This document shows, piece after piece, positions 1-6,849 of a stretch of 36,928 nt of DNA. Numbering within the stretch: position 1 is the first letter of the stretch; every line of letters begins with the position of its first letter. This DNA is from a virus: IMG/VR virus record IMGVR_UViG_3300026283_000001. The stretch is one strand, 5' to 3'. The notes under the pieces are model-generated. The model was not told the origin of the DNA, ran no database searches, and worked only from the letters and a program-made list of their open reading frames with translations. A program made the translations under genes and the position numbers.

Positions 1-980
1 CTCAGGTCGAGCGATCCGCCGATGCTTGTCGGCAGCGTGATGCCGGTGAGGTCGCACCCGCTCAGGTCGAGCGATCCGCCGATGCTTGTCGGCAGCGTGA
101 TGCCGGTGAGGTCGCACCCGCTCAGGTAGAGCGATCCGCCGATGCTTGTCGGAAGCGTGATGCCGGTGAGGTCGAACCCGCTCAGGTAGAGCGATCCGCC
201 GATGCTTGTCGGAAGCGTGATGCCGGTGAGGTCGCACCCGCTCAGGTCGAGCCATCCGCCGATGCTTGTCGGCAGCGTGATTCCGGTGAGGTCGCACCCT
301 CTCAGGTCGAGCCATCCGCCGATGCTTGTCGGAAGCGTGATGCCGGTCAGGTCGCACCCGCTCAGGTAGAGCGATCCGCCGATGCTTGTCGGAAGCGTGA
401 TGCCGGTGAGGTCGCACCCGCTCAGGTTGAGCGATCCGCCGATGCTTGTCGGCAGCGTGATGCCGGTGAGGTCGAACCCGCTCAGGTTGAGCGATCCGCC
501 GATGCTTGTCGGAAGCGTGATTCCGGTGAGGTCGCACCCGCTCAGGTAGAGCGATCCGCCGATGCTTGTCAGCAGCGTGATGCCGGTGAGGTCGCACCCG
601 CTCAGGTAGAGCGATCCGCCGATGCTTGTCGGCAGCGTGATGCCGGTGAGGTCGAACCCGCTCAGGTTGAGCGATCCGCCGATGCTTGTCGGAAGCGTGA
701 TGCCGGTGAGGTCGAACCCGCTCAGGTAGAGCGATCCGCCGATGCTTGTCGGAAGCGTGATGCCGGTGAGGTCGCACCCGCTCAGGTCGAGCCATCCGCC
801 GATGCTTGTCGGAAGCGTGATGCCGGTCAGGTCGCACCCGCTCAGGTAGAGCCATCCGCCGATGCTTGTCGGAAGCGTGATGCCGGTCAGGTCGCACCCT
901 CTCAGGTAGAGCGATCCGCCGATGCTTGTCGGAAGCGTGATGCCGGTGAGGTCGCACCCGCTCAGGTTGAGCGATCCGCC
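1..980. repeat. Tandem array of a 60-bp unit (16.3 copies here; the array continues at 36687..36928)
   Basis: Unit ctcaggtHgagcSatccgccgatgcttgtcRgMagcgtgatKccggtSaggtcgMacccK repeats head-to-tail in exact 60-nt phase from 1 to 980. Only 8 of 60 positions vary among copies. There are no spacers. Confidence 0.98.
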
Positions 981-1016
981 GTCATACGCCTCAATAATTT
1001 TTTGTGCTGTTTTCAT
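1..1016 (-). CDS. 5' part of a repeat-solenoid protein gene (20-aa LRR-like repeats); runs off the window start and continues at 36928..36498
   Basis: Minus-strand ATG at 1016-1014 is preceded by AGGAGG (RC of 1021-1026, 4-nt spacer). It reads MKTAQKIIEAYDGGSLNLSGCDLTGITLPTSIGGSLYLRGCDLTG... with no stop through all repeats. It is missing from the ORF track only because no stop lies inside the window on this side. Confidence 0.85.
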   Translation of the reverse strand, partial: MKTAQKIIEAYDGGSLNLSGCDLTGITLPTSIGGSLYLRGCDLTGITLPTSIGGWLYLSGCDLTGITLPTSIGGWLDLSGCDLTGITLPTSIGGSLYLSGFDLTGITLPTSIGGSLNLSGFDLTGITLPTSIGGSLYLSGCDLTGITLLTSIGGSLYLSGCDLTGITLPTSIGGSLNLSGFDLTGITLPTSIGGSLNLSGCDLTGITLPTSIGGSLYLSGCDLTGITLPTSIGGWLDLRGCDLTGITLPTSIGGWLDLSGCDLTGITLPTSIGGSLYLSGFDLTGITLPTSIGGSLYLSGCDLTGITLPTSIGGSLDLSGCDLTGITLPTSIGGSLDL

Positions 1017-1144
1017 GATTCCTCCTGTTTATTTTTGCCAGTTGTATCGCCTTCGCCACATCTGCTGTAGTAGCGTCTTGTCTGTGCTGATTGGCACACT
1101 CGGGGCTTTTGCTGGCCGCCGCGTTGTGTTGCGGCTTGGGTTTA

Positions 1145-1173
1145 ACTATACGGATGCCCTAACTGCGCGTCAA
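1145..1173 (-). promoter_or_regulatory. Sigma70-type promoter for the leftward early transcript
   Basis: Minus strand TTGACG (1173-1168), 17-nt spacer, TATAGT (1150-1145). This predicts a ~120-nt leader before the ATG at 1016. Confidence 0.6.
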
Positions 1174-1216
1174 CAACTTTATTCGGGCAGGAGAACTAAA
1201 TACAAACAGAAGACGC

Positions 1217-1245
1217 TTGACAAGTAATTGTGCAATCCGTACATT
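1217..1245 (+). promoter_or_regulatory. Sigma70-type promoter for the rightward early transcript (cro-like gene)
   Basis: TTGACA (1217-1222), 17-nt spacer, TACATT (1240-1245). The ATG at 1253 lies 8 nt after the -10 with no Shine-Dalgarno sequence, so the mRNA would be leaderless or nearly so. Confidence 0.65.
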
Positions 1246-1252
1246 ACCCGTC

Positions 1253-1495
1253 ATGAAAAAACATCAAGTGATCGAGGCCTTCGGGACTCAAGCAGAAGCG
1301 GCCAGGGCTCTGGGGTGCTATCCGTCGACGATCCATGAGTGGGATGAGGTGCCGGATGGCCGTCAATACCAGATCGAGATTGCGACGCGAGGCCGGCTCA
1401 AGGCAGACCTGCCAGCAGACCGGCGGGCGCTGCTAAAAGTCAAAAAATCGGGGCGTTCCGTTAAGTCGGTCAAGTCGCGCGCCGGCCTTCGCTAG
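1253..1495 (+). CDS. Cro / YdaS-like HTH regulator (80 aa)
   Basis: Internal ATG of ORF 1217..1495. MKKHQVIEAFGTQAEAARALGCYPSTIHEWDEVPDGRQYQIEIATRGRLKAD matches the Cro/YdaS pattern (G.q..lAraLG...s.i..W...P......ie..T.G.Lk). It is the first gene after the promoter and is followed by a terminator. Confidence 0.8.
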   Translation: MKKHQVIEAFGTQAEAARALGCYPSTIHEWDEVPDGRQYQIEIATRGRLKADLPADRRALLKVKKSGRSVKSVKSRAGLR

Positions 1496-1517
1496 CCCTT
1501 CGGGGCTGGCTTTTTTT
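1491..1517 (+). terminator. Rho-independent terminator directly after the cro-like gene
   Basis: 8-bp stem 1491-1498 / 1503-1510 (gctagccc / gggctggc, one G-U pair), UUCG tetraloop 1499-1502, then T7 run 1511-1517. Confidence 0.85.
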
Positions 1518-1535
1518 CGTTTTTTGGTGTGGACA

Positions 1536-1742
1536 ATGAGCAACGTCATGCACCAACACCCGCGCCAGCAAGCCGCTTACCGGGCCGACACGGACGGATT
1601 AACGATGGTCGGTGTCGTCCATTGCGGCTGGCGTTGTCGCGTCTGCGGCGGTCAGCAAACAGGGACGTCGGGTCGGAAAAAGATGCCCGGAGAGGGCTGG
1701 AAATGCGCCGAGTGCGCGAAATCAGGAAAGGGGAAATCATGA
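1536..1742 (+). CDS. Small zinc-ribbon protein (68 aa)
   Basis: ORF 1524..1742 taken from the internal ATG. CGWRCRVCGG...WKCAECAK gives two Cys pairs. The stop overlaps the next ATG (ATGA at 1739). Confidence 0.6.
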   Translation: MSNVMHQHPRQQAAYRADTDGLTMVGVVHCGWRCRVCGGQQTGTSGRKKMPGEGWKCAECAKSGKGKS

Positions 1743-2002
1743 TCTGCAGTCTTGAGAGGTTAGAAGCTCCGAAATCGGCAGCGATCAATGCCGGACGGCC
1801 GTACTGCGTTGCGCAGGAGACAAGCGAATCAGGCGCGACAGTTCGAGAATTCAGCAGCACGTTGGCGAACGTCCACCTCGCGTCCGAGAACGAGCGCGTA
1901 CGCGCCGAGAATGCAAAGCTTCGTGCCGAGAATGCGGCCATGCGGTCGGCGCTCGAGGTTATCGACCGGACGCTGATGACTGTTCGGATGTCGCAGTCAT
2001 GA
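1739..2002 (+). CDS. Small coiled-coil protein (87 aa)
   Basis: Distal part of ORF 1529..2002 starting MICSLERLE. ATGA coupling at both ends. Heptad-like ENERVRAENAKLRAENAAMRSALE. Confidence 0.6.
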   Translation: MICSLERLEAPKSAAINAGRPYCVAQETSESGATVREFSSTLANVHLASENERVRAENAKLRAENAAMRSALEVIDRTLMTVRMSQS

Positions 2003-2175
2003 CCCCTCAGCAGAAGCGCCTAATCCGCCCGCTGACGCGCCAGCACCAGGCAGCTCAAGCGGTGCTGACAACCGGAGCGCTGGCCATCGGCCCGCTGCTG
2101 TTCGTGTGCGCCTGGCTGCGAATCTACGGCGAGACGTTCGCCGAGGTGATGCGGCCAGCCGGGAGATCGCTATGA
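1999..2175 (+). CDS. 58-aa single-pass membrane protein (below the ORF-track size cut-off)
   Basis: Hand translation: MTPQQKRLIRPLTRQHQAAQAVLTTGALAIGPLLFVCAWLRIYGETFAEVMRPAGRSL. ATGA overlap with the upstream stop (1999-2002) and with the helicase start (2172-2175). Hydrophobic core GALAIGPLLFVCAWL. Confidence 0.55.
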   Translation: MTPQQKRLIRPLTRQHQAAQAVLTTGALAIGPLLFVCAWLRIYGETFAEVMRPAGRSL

Positions 2176-3548
2176 GTTACGAGCAATTTGTCTCTCGCAA
2201 GCTCGGAATTGTCGAGTCGGTCGGAATTGATGCGCCGATGCGCGACTACGGACTGTTCCCTTTGCAGAAGATGCTGACACCATGGGCGCTTCGTCGCGGG
2301 CGTGCTGCCATCTTTGCGGATACTGGACTCGGCAAAAGCCGGATGCAGCTTGCTTGGGCCGATACCGTTCATGCAGAAACCGGACTCGACGTGCTGATCC
2401 TGGCTCCTCTGGCAGTCGCACAACAGACGGTCGAAGAGGGTGCGCGGATAGGCGTGTCGGTGAATCACGCACGCGAAGCGGACCAGATCCGGCCGGGCTT
2501 GAATATCACGAACTATGACAGGGTCCACAAGTTCGACGCCTCGCGCTTCGGCGCGATTGTGCTCGACGAGAGCAGCATCATCAAACACCACGCGGCGAAG
2601 ACATTGCAGACGCTGCTCGAAATGTTCCGCAGCACGCCTTACCGGCTGGCTTGCACAGCAACGCCATCGCCAAACGACTGGACAGAGCTAGGCAATCATG
2701 CCGAATTTCTTGGCGTCTGCTCTCGCGCCGAAATGCTCGCGGAGTTTTTCGTTCATGACGGCGGCGATACGCAGACGTGGCGTCTAAAGGGTCACGCTCG
2801 AAAGTTGTTCTGGGCATGGGTCGCGTCGTGGGGCGCGATGGTGCGCAGTCCCGAGGATCTCGGGCTTGACGCCAGCGCATACAAGCTTCCTCCGCTTAAC
2901 GTGCATCAGCACACGGTAGAGATTGCGCACAACCCGGATCACGGCCTGTTCGCGCTAGAAGCTCAGACGCTATCAGAGCGTCGTGGAGCACGCAAAGAAA
3001 GCCTTGTTGATCGTGTTCGCGCATGCGCTGAAATAGTCAATGCGTCGTCCGATACGTGGCTTGTCTGGTGCGACCTGAACGCCGAGGGCGATGCTTTGGA
3101 GTCAGCAATACCGGGATCTGTCCAAGTTGCCGGATGCGATACCGAGGAATTCAAAGAGCGAACGCTGTTGGATTTCGCGCATGGAAAGCTGCGCGTCTTG
3201 ATCAGCAAGCCGAGCATTTGCGGATTCGGTTTGAACTTCCAGGCAGCAACAAACCAAGCATTCGTTGGCGTGACGGACAGTTTCGAGGCGTATTACCAGG
3301 CTGTCCGTAGGTCGTGGCGATTTGGCCAAAAGTCCGAGGTCAACGTGCATGTTTTCGCCAGCAACCAGGAAGGCGCGGTAGTCGCAAACCTTCGCAGAAA
3401 AGAGGCAATTGCAAATGCGATGGCTGACGCAATGGCTGCAGAGACGCTTGAAGCCGTGCTGTCGCAGGTAATCGGCGCGAAGAAAAACACAAACATCTAT
3501 CAACCATCGCGGCAGATCGTTTTGCCGTCATTTTTGGGGGTCGCATGA
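2172..3548 (+). CDS. SF2 (SNF2/DEAD-like) helicase
   Basis: ORF 2106..3548 from the internal ATG (MSYEQF). Motif I ADTGLGKS, motif II LDESS, motif III CTATP, motif VI QAVRRSWRFGQ. Confidence 0.85.
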   Translation: MSYEQFVSRKLGIVESVGIDAPMRDYGLFPLQKMLTPWALRRGRAAIFADTGLGKSRMQLAWADTVHAETGLDVLILAPLAVAQQTVEEGARIGVSVNHAREADQIRPGLNITNYDRVHKFDASRFGAIVLDESSIIKHHAAKTLQTLLEMFRSTPYRLACTATPSPNDWTELGNHAEFLGVCSRAEMLAEFFVHDGGDTQTWRLKGHARKLFWAWVASWGAMVRSPEDLGLDASAYKLPPLNVHQHTVEIAHNPDHGLFALEAQTLSERRGARKESLVDRVRACAEIVNASSDTWLVWCDLNAEGDALESAIPGSVQVAGCDTEEFKERTLLDFAHGKLRVLISKPSICGFGLNFQAATNQAFVGVTDSFEAYYQAVRRSWRFGQKSEVNVHVFASNQEGAVVANLRRKEAIANAMADAMAAETLEAVLSQVIGAKKNTNIYQPSRQIVLPSFLGVA

Positions 3549-4414
3549 ACTGCATTGATCAAACGGCAGGAGAGGGCTTTGTCCTCTATCACGGAGATTG
3601 CGTCGACGTTCTGCGCGGCCTTCCAGACCAATCTATCCACTACAGCATTTTCTCGCCGCCGTTTGCGAGCCTCTACACCTACAGCAACAGCCCTCGCGAT
3701 ATGGGCAACTGCCGAAGCAATGAAGAGTTTTTCGAGCACTTCGCGTTTCTCGTTGCAGAACTGAAGCGCGTCATGCGGCCCGGTAGAAACGTGTCTTTCC
3801 ACTGCATGCTGTTCCCGGCCAGCAAAGAGCGCGATGGGTTCATCGGCCTGAAAGACTTTCGCGGGGACTTGATTCGGGCATTCCAGGCGCAAGGGTTCAT
3901 CTTTCATGCCGAGACAGTCATCTGGAAAGATCCGGTCACGCAAATGCAGCGGACCAAAGCGCTTGGTTTGCTCCACAAGTCGGTGCGTGAAAACTCCGCA
4001 ATGTGCCGCATGGGAATTCCTGATTACCTCGTGACGATGCGCGCGCCTGGCGATCAACTGGACCGCGTGACGCACACGAGAGATGACTATCCCGTCGATC
4101 GCTGGCAAAAGGTAGCCAGCCCGGTCTGGATGGACATCAACCCGTCCGACACGCTGCAGTATCAATCGGCTCGAGAGCACGACGACGAGCGCCACATCTG
4201 CCCGTTGCAGCTTGAAGTCATTCGCCGCGGCGTCGAACTTTGGACCAATCCCGGCGACGTGGTTCTTTCCCCTTTTGCTGGCATCGGTAGCGAGGGATTC
4301 GTCAGTGTGCAGATGGGAAGGAAGTTCGTCGGAGTCGAGCTGAAAGATTCGTACTACAGGCAGGCGAGCCAGAACTTGGGCGCAGCGCTGCGCACGACTG
4401 GCGAGCTTTTCTGA
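3545..4414 (+). CDS. Beta-class DNA methyltransferase (N4-C or N6-A), no cognate restriction enzyme seen
   Basis: Catalytic motif IV SPPF (nt 3653-3664) precedes the AdoMet motif I FAGIG (nt 4274-4288), the order typical of the N-4/N-6 methylase family. The ATG overlaps the helicase stop (ATGA). Confidence 0.85.
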   Translation: MNCIDQTAGEGFVLYHGDCVDVLRGLPDQSIHYSIFSPPFASLYTYSNSPRDMGNCRSNEEFFEHFAFLVAELKRVMRPGRNVSFHCMLFPASKERDGFIGLKDFRGDLIRAFQAQGFIFHAETVIWKDPVTQMQRTKALGLLHKSVRENSAMCRMGIPDYLVTMRAPGDQLDRVTHTRDDYPVDRWQKVASPVWMDINPSDTLQYQSAREHDDERHICPLQLEVIRRGVELWTNPGDVVLSPFAGIGSEGFVSVQMGRKFVGVELKDSYYRQASQNLGAALRTTGELF

Positions 4415-4415
4415 C

Positions 4416-4820
4416 ATGGCCGGCCGCACAAGCACAACCAAAGGCGCAGCCGGAGAGCGCGAGCTTTTCGGCCTGCTGTCCGACCAGCTCGGGTTCGTCG
4501 TCAAGCGCGAACTGTCCGCGTCACGCGATGGCGGATGTGACGGCCTCGACGTGCCAGGGTGGGCGATCGAGGTCAAGCGCACCGAGCAGGCGCTGGCGGA
4601 GCACTGGTGGCAGGCGGTCGAGCAGGCGGAGAAAGCGGGCAGGAAGCCGGTTCTGTTCTGGCGCAAGAATCGCGCTGAGTGGCGCGCTTTTGTTTCTCCG
4701 AACGACGTGGCGCCCGAGCTATTTCAAGAGGGCGGTGACGCGCTGTCGATGTCATTGCCGCGCTGGTGCGAGCTTGCCAGAAGCCAGATGGCGAAGCCTG
4801 CCGCCGAGGGCTGCGAGTGA
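4416..4820 (+). CDS. PD-(D/E)xK nuclease, Holliday-junction-resolvase-like
   Basis: GERELF...DGGCDGLD...AIEVKRTE gives the E...D...E-x-K arrangement. It starts 2 nt after the methyltransferase stop. Confidence 0.65.
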   Translation: MAGRTSTTKGAAGERELFGLLSDQLGFVVKRELSASRDGGCDGLDVPGWAIEVKRTEQALAEHWWQAVEQAEKAGRKPVLFWRKNRAEWRAFVSPNDVAPELFQEGGDALSMSLPRWCELARSQMAKPAAEGCE

Positions 4821-5692
4821 GCGTTGAGGCGATCAATTGGGCATTCGCGCAGCCGGTCGAAAGGTCGGCCGCGAAGTTTGTTCTGGTCGCAATGGCAAGG
4901 CGATGCAACGACGCAAACCTGGTCAATGGAAAGTGGGCATGCTGGCCGTCAATTTCTGCAATCGTTGAAGACACCGGCATGAACAGAAAAACGGTGTTCG
5001 ACTCACTCGCAAGGCTGCAGGAATCCGGCTTCATTTCTGACGTTGGCATGCGCAAAGGCGGAACCGGGAGGGTTGCAGTCTATGCGCTAAACAGTACCAA
5101 AAACGGGACTATTAAACAGTCCCAAAAACGGGACGATTGCGATATTGAAATAGTACCGAAAACGGAACCATTGCCGGGGCTAATAGTACCGATTTCGGAC
5201 ACTAATAGTCCCGAAAACGGTACTGAAATAGTCCCGAAATCGGGACACGGAACAGATAAGGAACAGGAAGGAACAGGTAAACCTAAAAACATTACGCCAC
5301 GCAGCAAGCCGGAAGGGTTCGATTTCAACGGCCGGCTACTGGCCGAGGGTGTCGCAGAAACAGCCGCCCGGGATTGGGCAACCATCCGAAAAGTGAAGAA
5401 GCTCCCGGCAACCCAAACGGCATTTGAAGGGCTTCTGCGAGAAGCGTCGAAAGCGGGCGTCACGCTGCAAGCCGCAGTGACCGAATGCTGCGAGCGAGGG
5501 TGGGGCGGATTCAAGGCCGAATGGCTGGCGAACAGCAAGGCGAGGGCGGGTCCATCGGCGACACCGGCAAAGATCAACGGCAGCACACGGCAATCGAGAA
5601 TCGACAGCTACTGGAACCAGCGCTATGGCAACGAACAGCATCAAGGCAGTGAAGAGCGAGACATCACCGGCGAGTCGGAGCGCGTTGCCTGA
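4817..5692 (+). CDS. Replication initiator, lambda O-like (N-terminal winged-HTH)
   Basis: ORF 4766..5692; I prefer the GTG at 4817 (GTGA overlap with the upstream stop). AINWAFAQP...KFVLVAMARRCN...CWPSISAIVEDTGMNRKTVFDSLARLQESGFI is the HTH pattern of phage/plasmid initiators. Iterons lie inside the gene. Confidence 0.75.
   Translation: MSVEAINWAFAQPVERSAAKFVLVAMARRCNDANLVNGKWACWPSISAIVEDTGMNRKTVFDSLARLQESGFISDVGMRKGGTGRVAVYALNSTKNGTIKQSQKRDDCDIEIVPKTEPLPGLIVPISDTNSPENGTEIVPKSGHGTDKEQEGTGKPKNITPRSKPEGFDFNGRLLAEGVAETAARDWATIRKVKKLPATQTAFEGLLREASKAGVTLQAAVTECCERGWGGFKAEWLANSKARAGPSATPAKINGSTRQSRIDSYWNQRYGNEQHQGSEERDITGESERVA
5094..5246. repeat. Six palindromic iterons AGTMCCRAAAWCGGKAC (candidate origin of replication)
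   Basis: Copies at 5094-5109, 5119-5134, 5153-5168, 5186-5200, 5208-5223 and 5231-5246, each with inverted half-sites GT(A/C)CC...GG(G/T/A)AC. They are followed by 3x GGAACAG (5249-5276), and an A+T-rich patch lies at 5141-5152. Confidence 0.75.
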
Positions 5693-6230
5693 CGCATGGG
5701 TGCGGAGGATTTTCGAGCGCATGGAGGACCGCTACGGCGACCAGTGGGCGCAGAAATTCGGGTCTGTGCCGACGCATCGCATGGCGGCAACGTGGGCTGC
5801 AGACCTCGCGGACATGAGCGGGCCGGAGATTGCGCGAGGGCTCGACGCCTGCAAGGACTCGCGGTTTCCACCTGGAGTCGCTGACTTCCGGGCGATGTGC
5901 CGGCCGCAACTCGATCACTCGGCGGCACTGCTTGAGGCGATCGAGCAGATGCAGCGCAGGGCCAGCGACAGCGACACGTGGAGCCACCCGGCGATCTATT
6001 GGGCGGCAGCCAGCATCGGGTCTTACGAGCTGCTGAACCGATCGACGAAAGAGCTTGAGCCGCTGTGGCGTCGGGCGTTTGTTGCGCAGATGGCCAAAGG
6101 CGAATGGCCGGCGGTACCGAAGCGGGCGCCCGCGCTTCCTGCTCCGGGGCAGCAGCACACCGAGGCACACGCAAAGAAGGTGATGGCCGAGATGATGGCG
6201 AAGCTACGCGGAATGGAGTCGGAGAAATGA
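5625..6230 (+). CDS. Lambda P-like replicative-helicase loader
   Basis: The central and C-terminal parts align by eye with lambda P (W..A....M....I..G...C......FPP..A.F...CR....HPAIYWAA......L......EL......F...MA.GE.P.VP). The start is uncertain: ATG 5625 overlaps the O-like gene by 68 nt, with alternatives at GTG 5700 and ATG 5721. Confidence 0.7.
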   Translation: MATNSIKAVKSETSPASRSALPDAWVRRIFERMEDRYGDQWAQKFGSVPTHRMAATWAADLADMSGPEIARGLDACKDSRFPPGVADFRAMCRPQLDHSAALLEAIEQMQRRASDSDTWSHPAIYWAAASIGSYELLNRSTKELEPLWRRAFVAQMAKGEWPAVPKRAPALPAPGQQHTEAHAKKVMAEMMAKLRGMESEK

Positions 6231-6598
6231 AAAAAACACTCGGAGCGGTGATGTGCGAAGCGCTGGTAGACGGATGGGTTTCGGATTGGAAAATGGGCCG
6301 CGTGGTGACTCACGCATGGCTGCTGCTGGAAAAAGAGCCCGAAGACCTGCGCGACAAATTCGCAAAAGCGGAAGCAGCGCTGAAGGTAAAGCGCATCGAC
6401 GCGGGAGCGACAGCAAAGACATGGATTGCCCGCCACATGCCGAGGCTAAACGAAGCGCTTTGGGCTGGCCGGAAAAAAGAGACGGCAATTGCCGTGGCGA
6501 AGAAAGAGGTCGGCATCGGAAGCCGAGTGCGAATGACCGAGGCATGCGTGAGCGCGCGAGCTGGCGACAAGCGGAGCGATTGGGGGACGGTGAAGTGA
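6227..6598 (+). CDS. Hypothetical protein (123 aa)
   Basis: Distal part of ORF 6065..6598 starting MKKTLGAV. ATGA overlap with the P-like stop. Confidence 0.6.
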   Translation: MKKTLGAVMCEALVDGWVSDWKMGRVVTHAWLLLEKEPEDLRDKFAKAEAALKVKRIDAGATAKTWIARHMPRLNEALWAGRKKETAIAVAKKEVGIGSRVRMTEACVSARAGDKRSDWGTVK

Positions 6599-6600
6599 GC

Positions 6601-6849
6601 ATGCAGATTGCTGAAAATTCCGGGCTCGACCCCTTGCTTTGGGCCAAGCGCCCGCAGTCGCAGAACGCATGGGATCTGATCGCAAAGGAAGCGCTGGTCG
6701 ATCCGCGCTTCCGCGAAATCGTTGAGAAGCACGTCGCCGATGGCGTCTGCTCGGCGGATTTGCAGCTAGAATATGTCTGGAGTTTCGCGGCGCAGAAGTT
6801 CGTTCGGCCGCCGTGGTATTCGCGGGCGAACGCTGAGAGGGCGGCATGA
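6601..6849 (+). CDS. Hypothetical protein (82 aa)
   Basis: Distal part of ORF 6253..6849 starting MQIAENSG, 2 nt after the upstream stop. Confidence 0.6.
   Translation: MQIAENSGLDPLLWAKRPQSQNAWDLIAKEALVDPRFREIVEKHVADGVCSADLQLEYVWSFAAQKFVRPPWYSRANAERAA

Noticed and set aside
1-980. The regular 60-bp repeats could be mistaken for a CRISPR array
   Set aside because: The units are directly contiguous with no spacers. They are 60 nt long (a multiple of 3) and maintain one open reading frame with an RBS/ATG at 1016. No cas genes or leader are present.
1-980. Diversity-generating retroelement (DGR) variable region, suggested by the D/Y/N (GAC/TAC/AAC) codon variation
   Set aside because: The window has no reverse transcriptase, template repeat or Avd-like gene. 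The variation is between tandem copies and also includes non-adenine-type changes (S/W, C/F, S/R).
922-1227. ORF-track entry 922..1227 (+), 101 aa
   Set aside because: It reads antisense through the last repeats, the real RBS/start and the promoter region. It has no RBS, and the opposite-strand explanation is better.
1529-2002. Single 157-aa ORF 1529..2002 (+)
   Set aside because: Its first 70 codons are Arg/Pro-rich and overlap the better zinc-ribbon ORF in another frame. An internal ATG at 1739 forms an ATGA junction, so I split it into 1536..1742 and 1739..2002.
3500-4666. 388-aa ORF antisense to the methyltransferase and nuclease genes
   Set aside because: Arg/Ala/Pro-rich translation typical of the antisense frame in GC-rich DNA. 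The sense genes have clear enzyme motifs.
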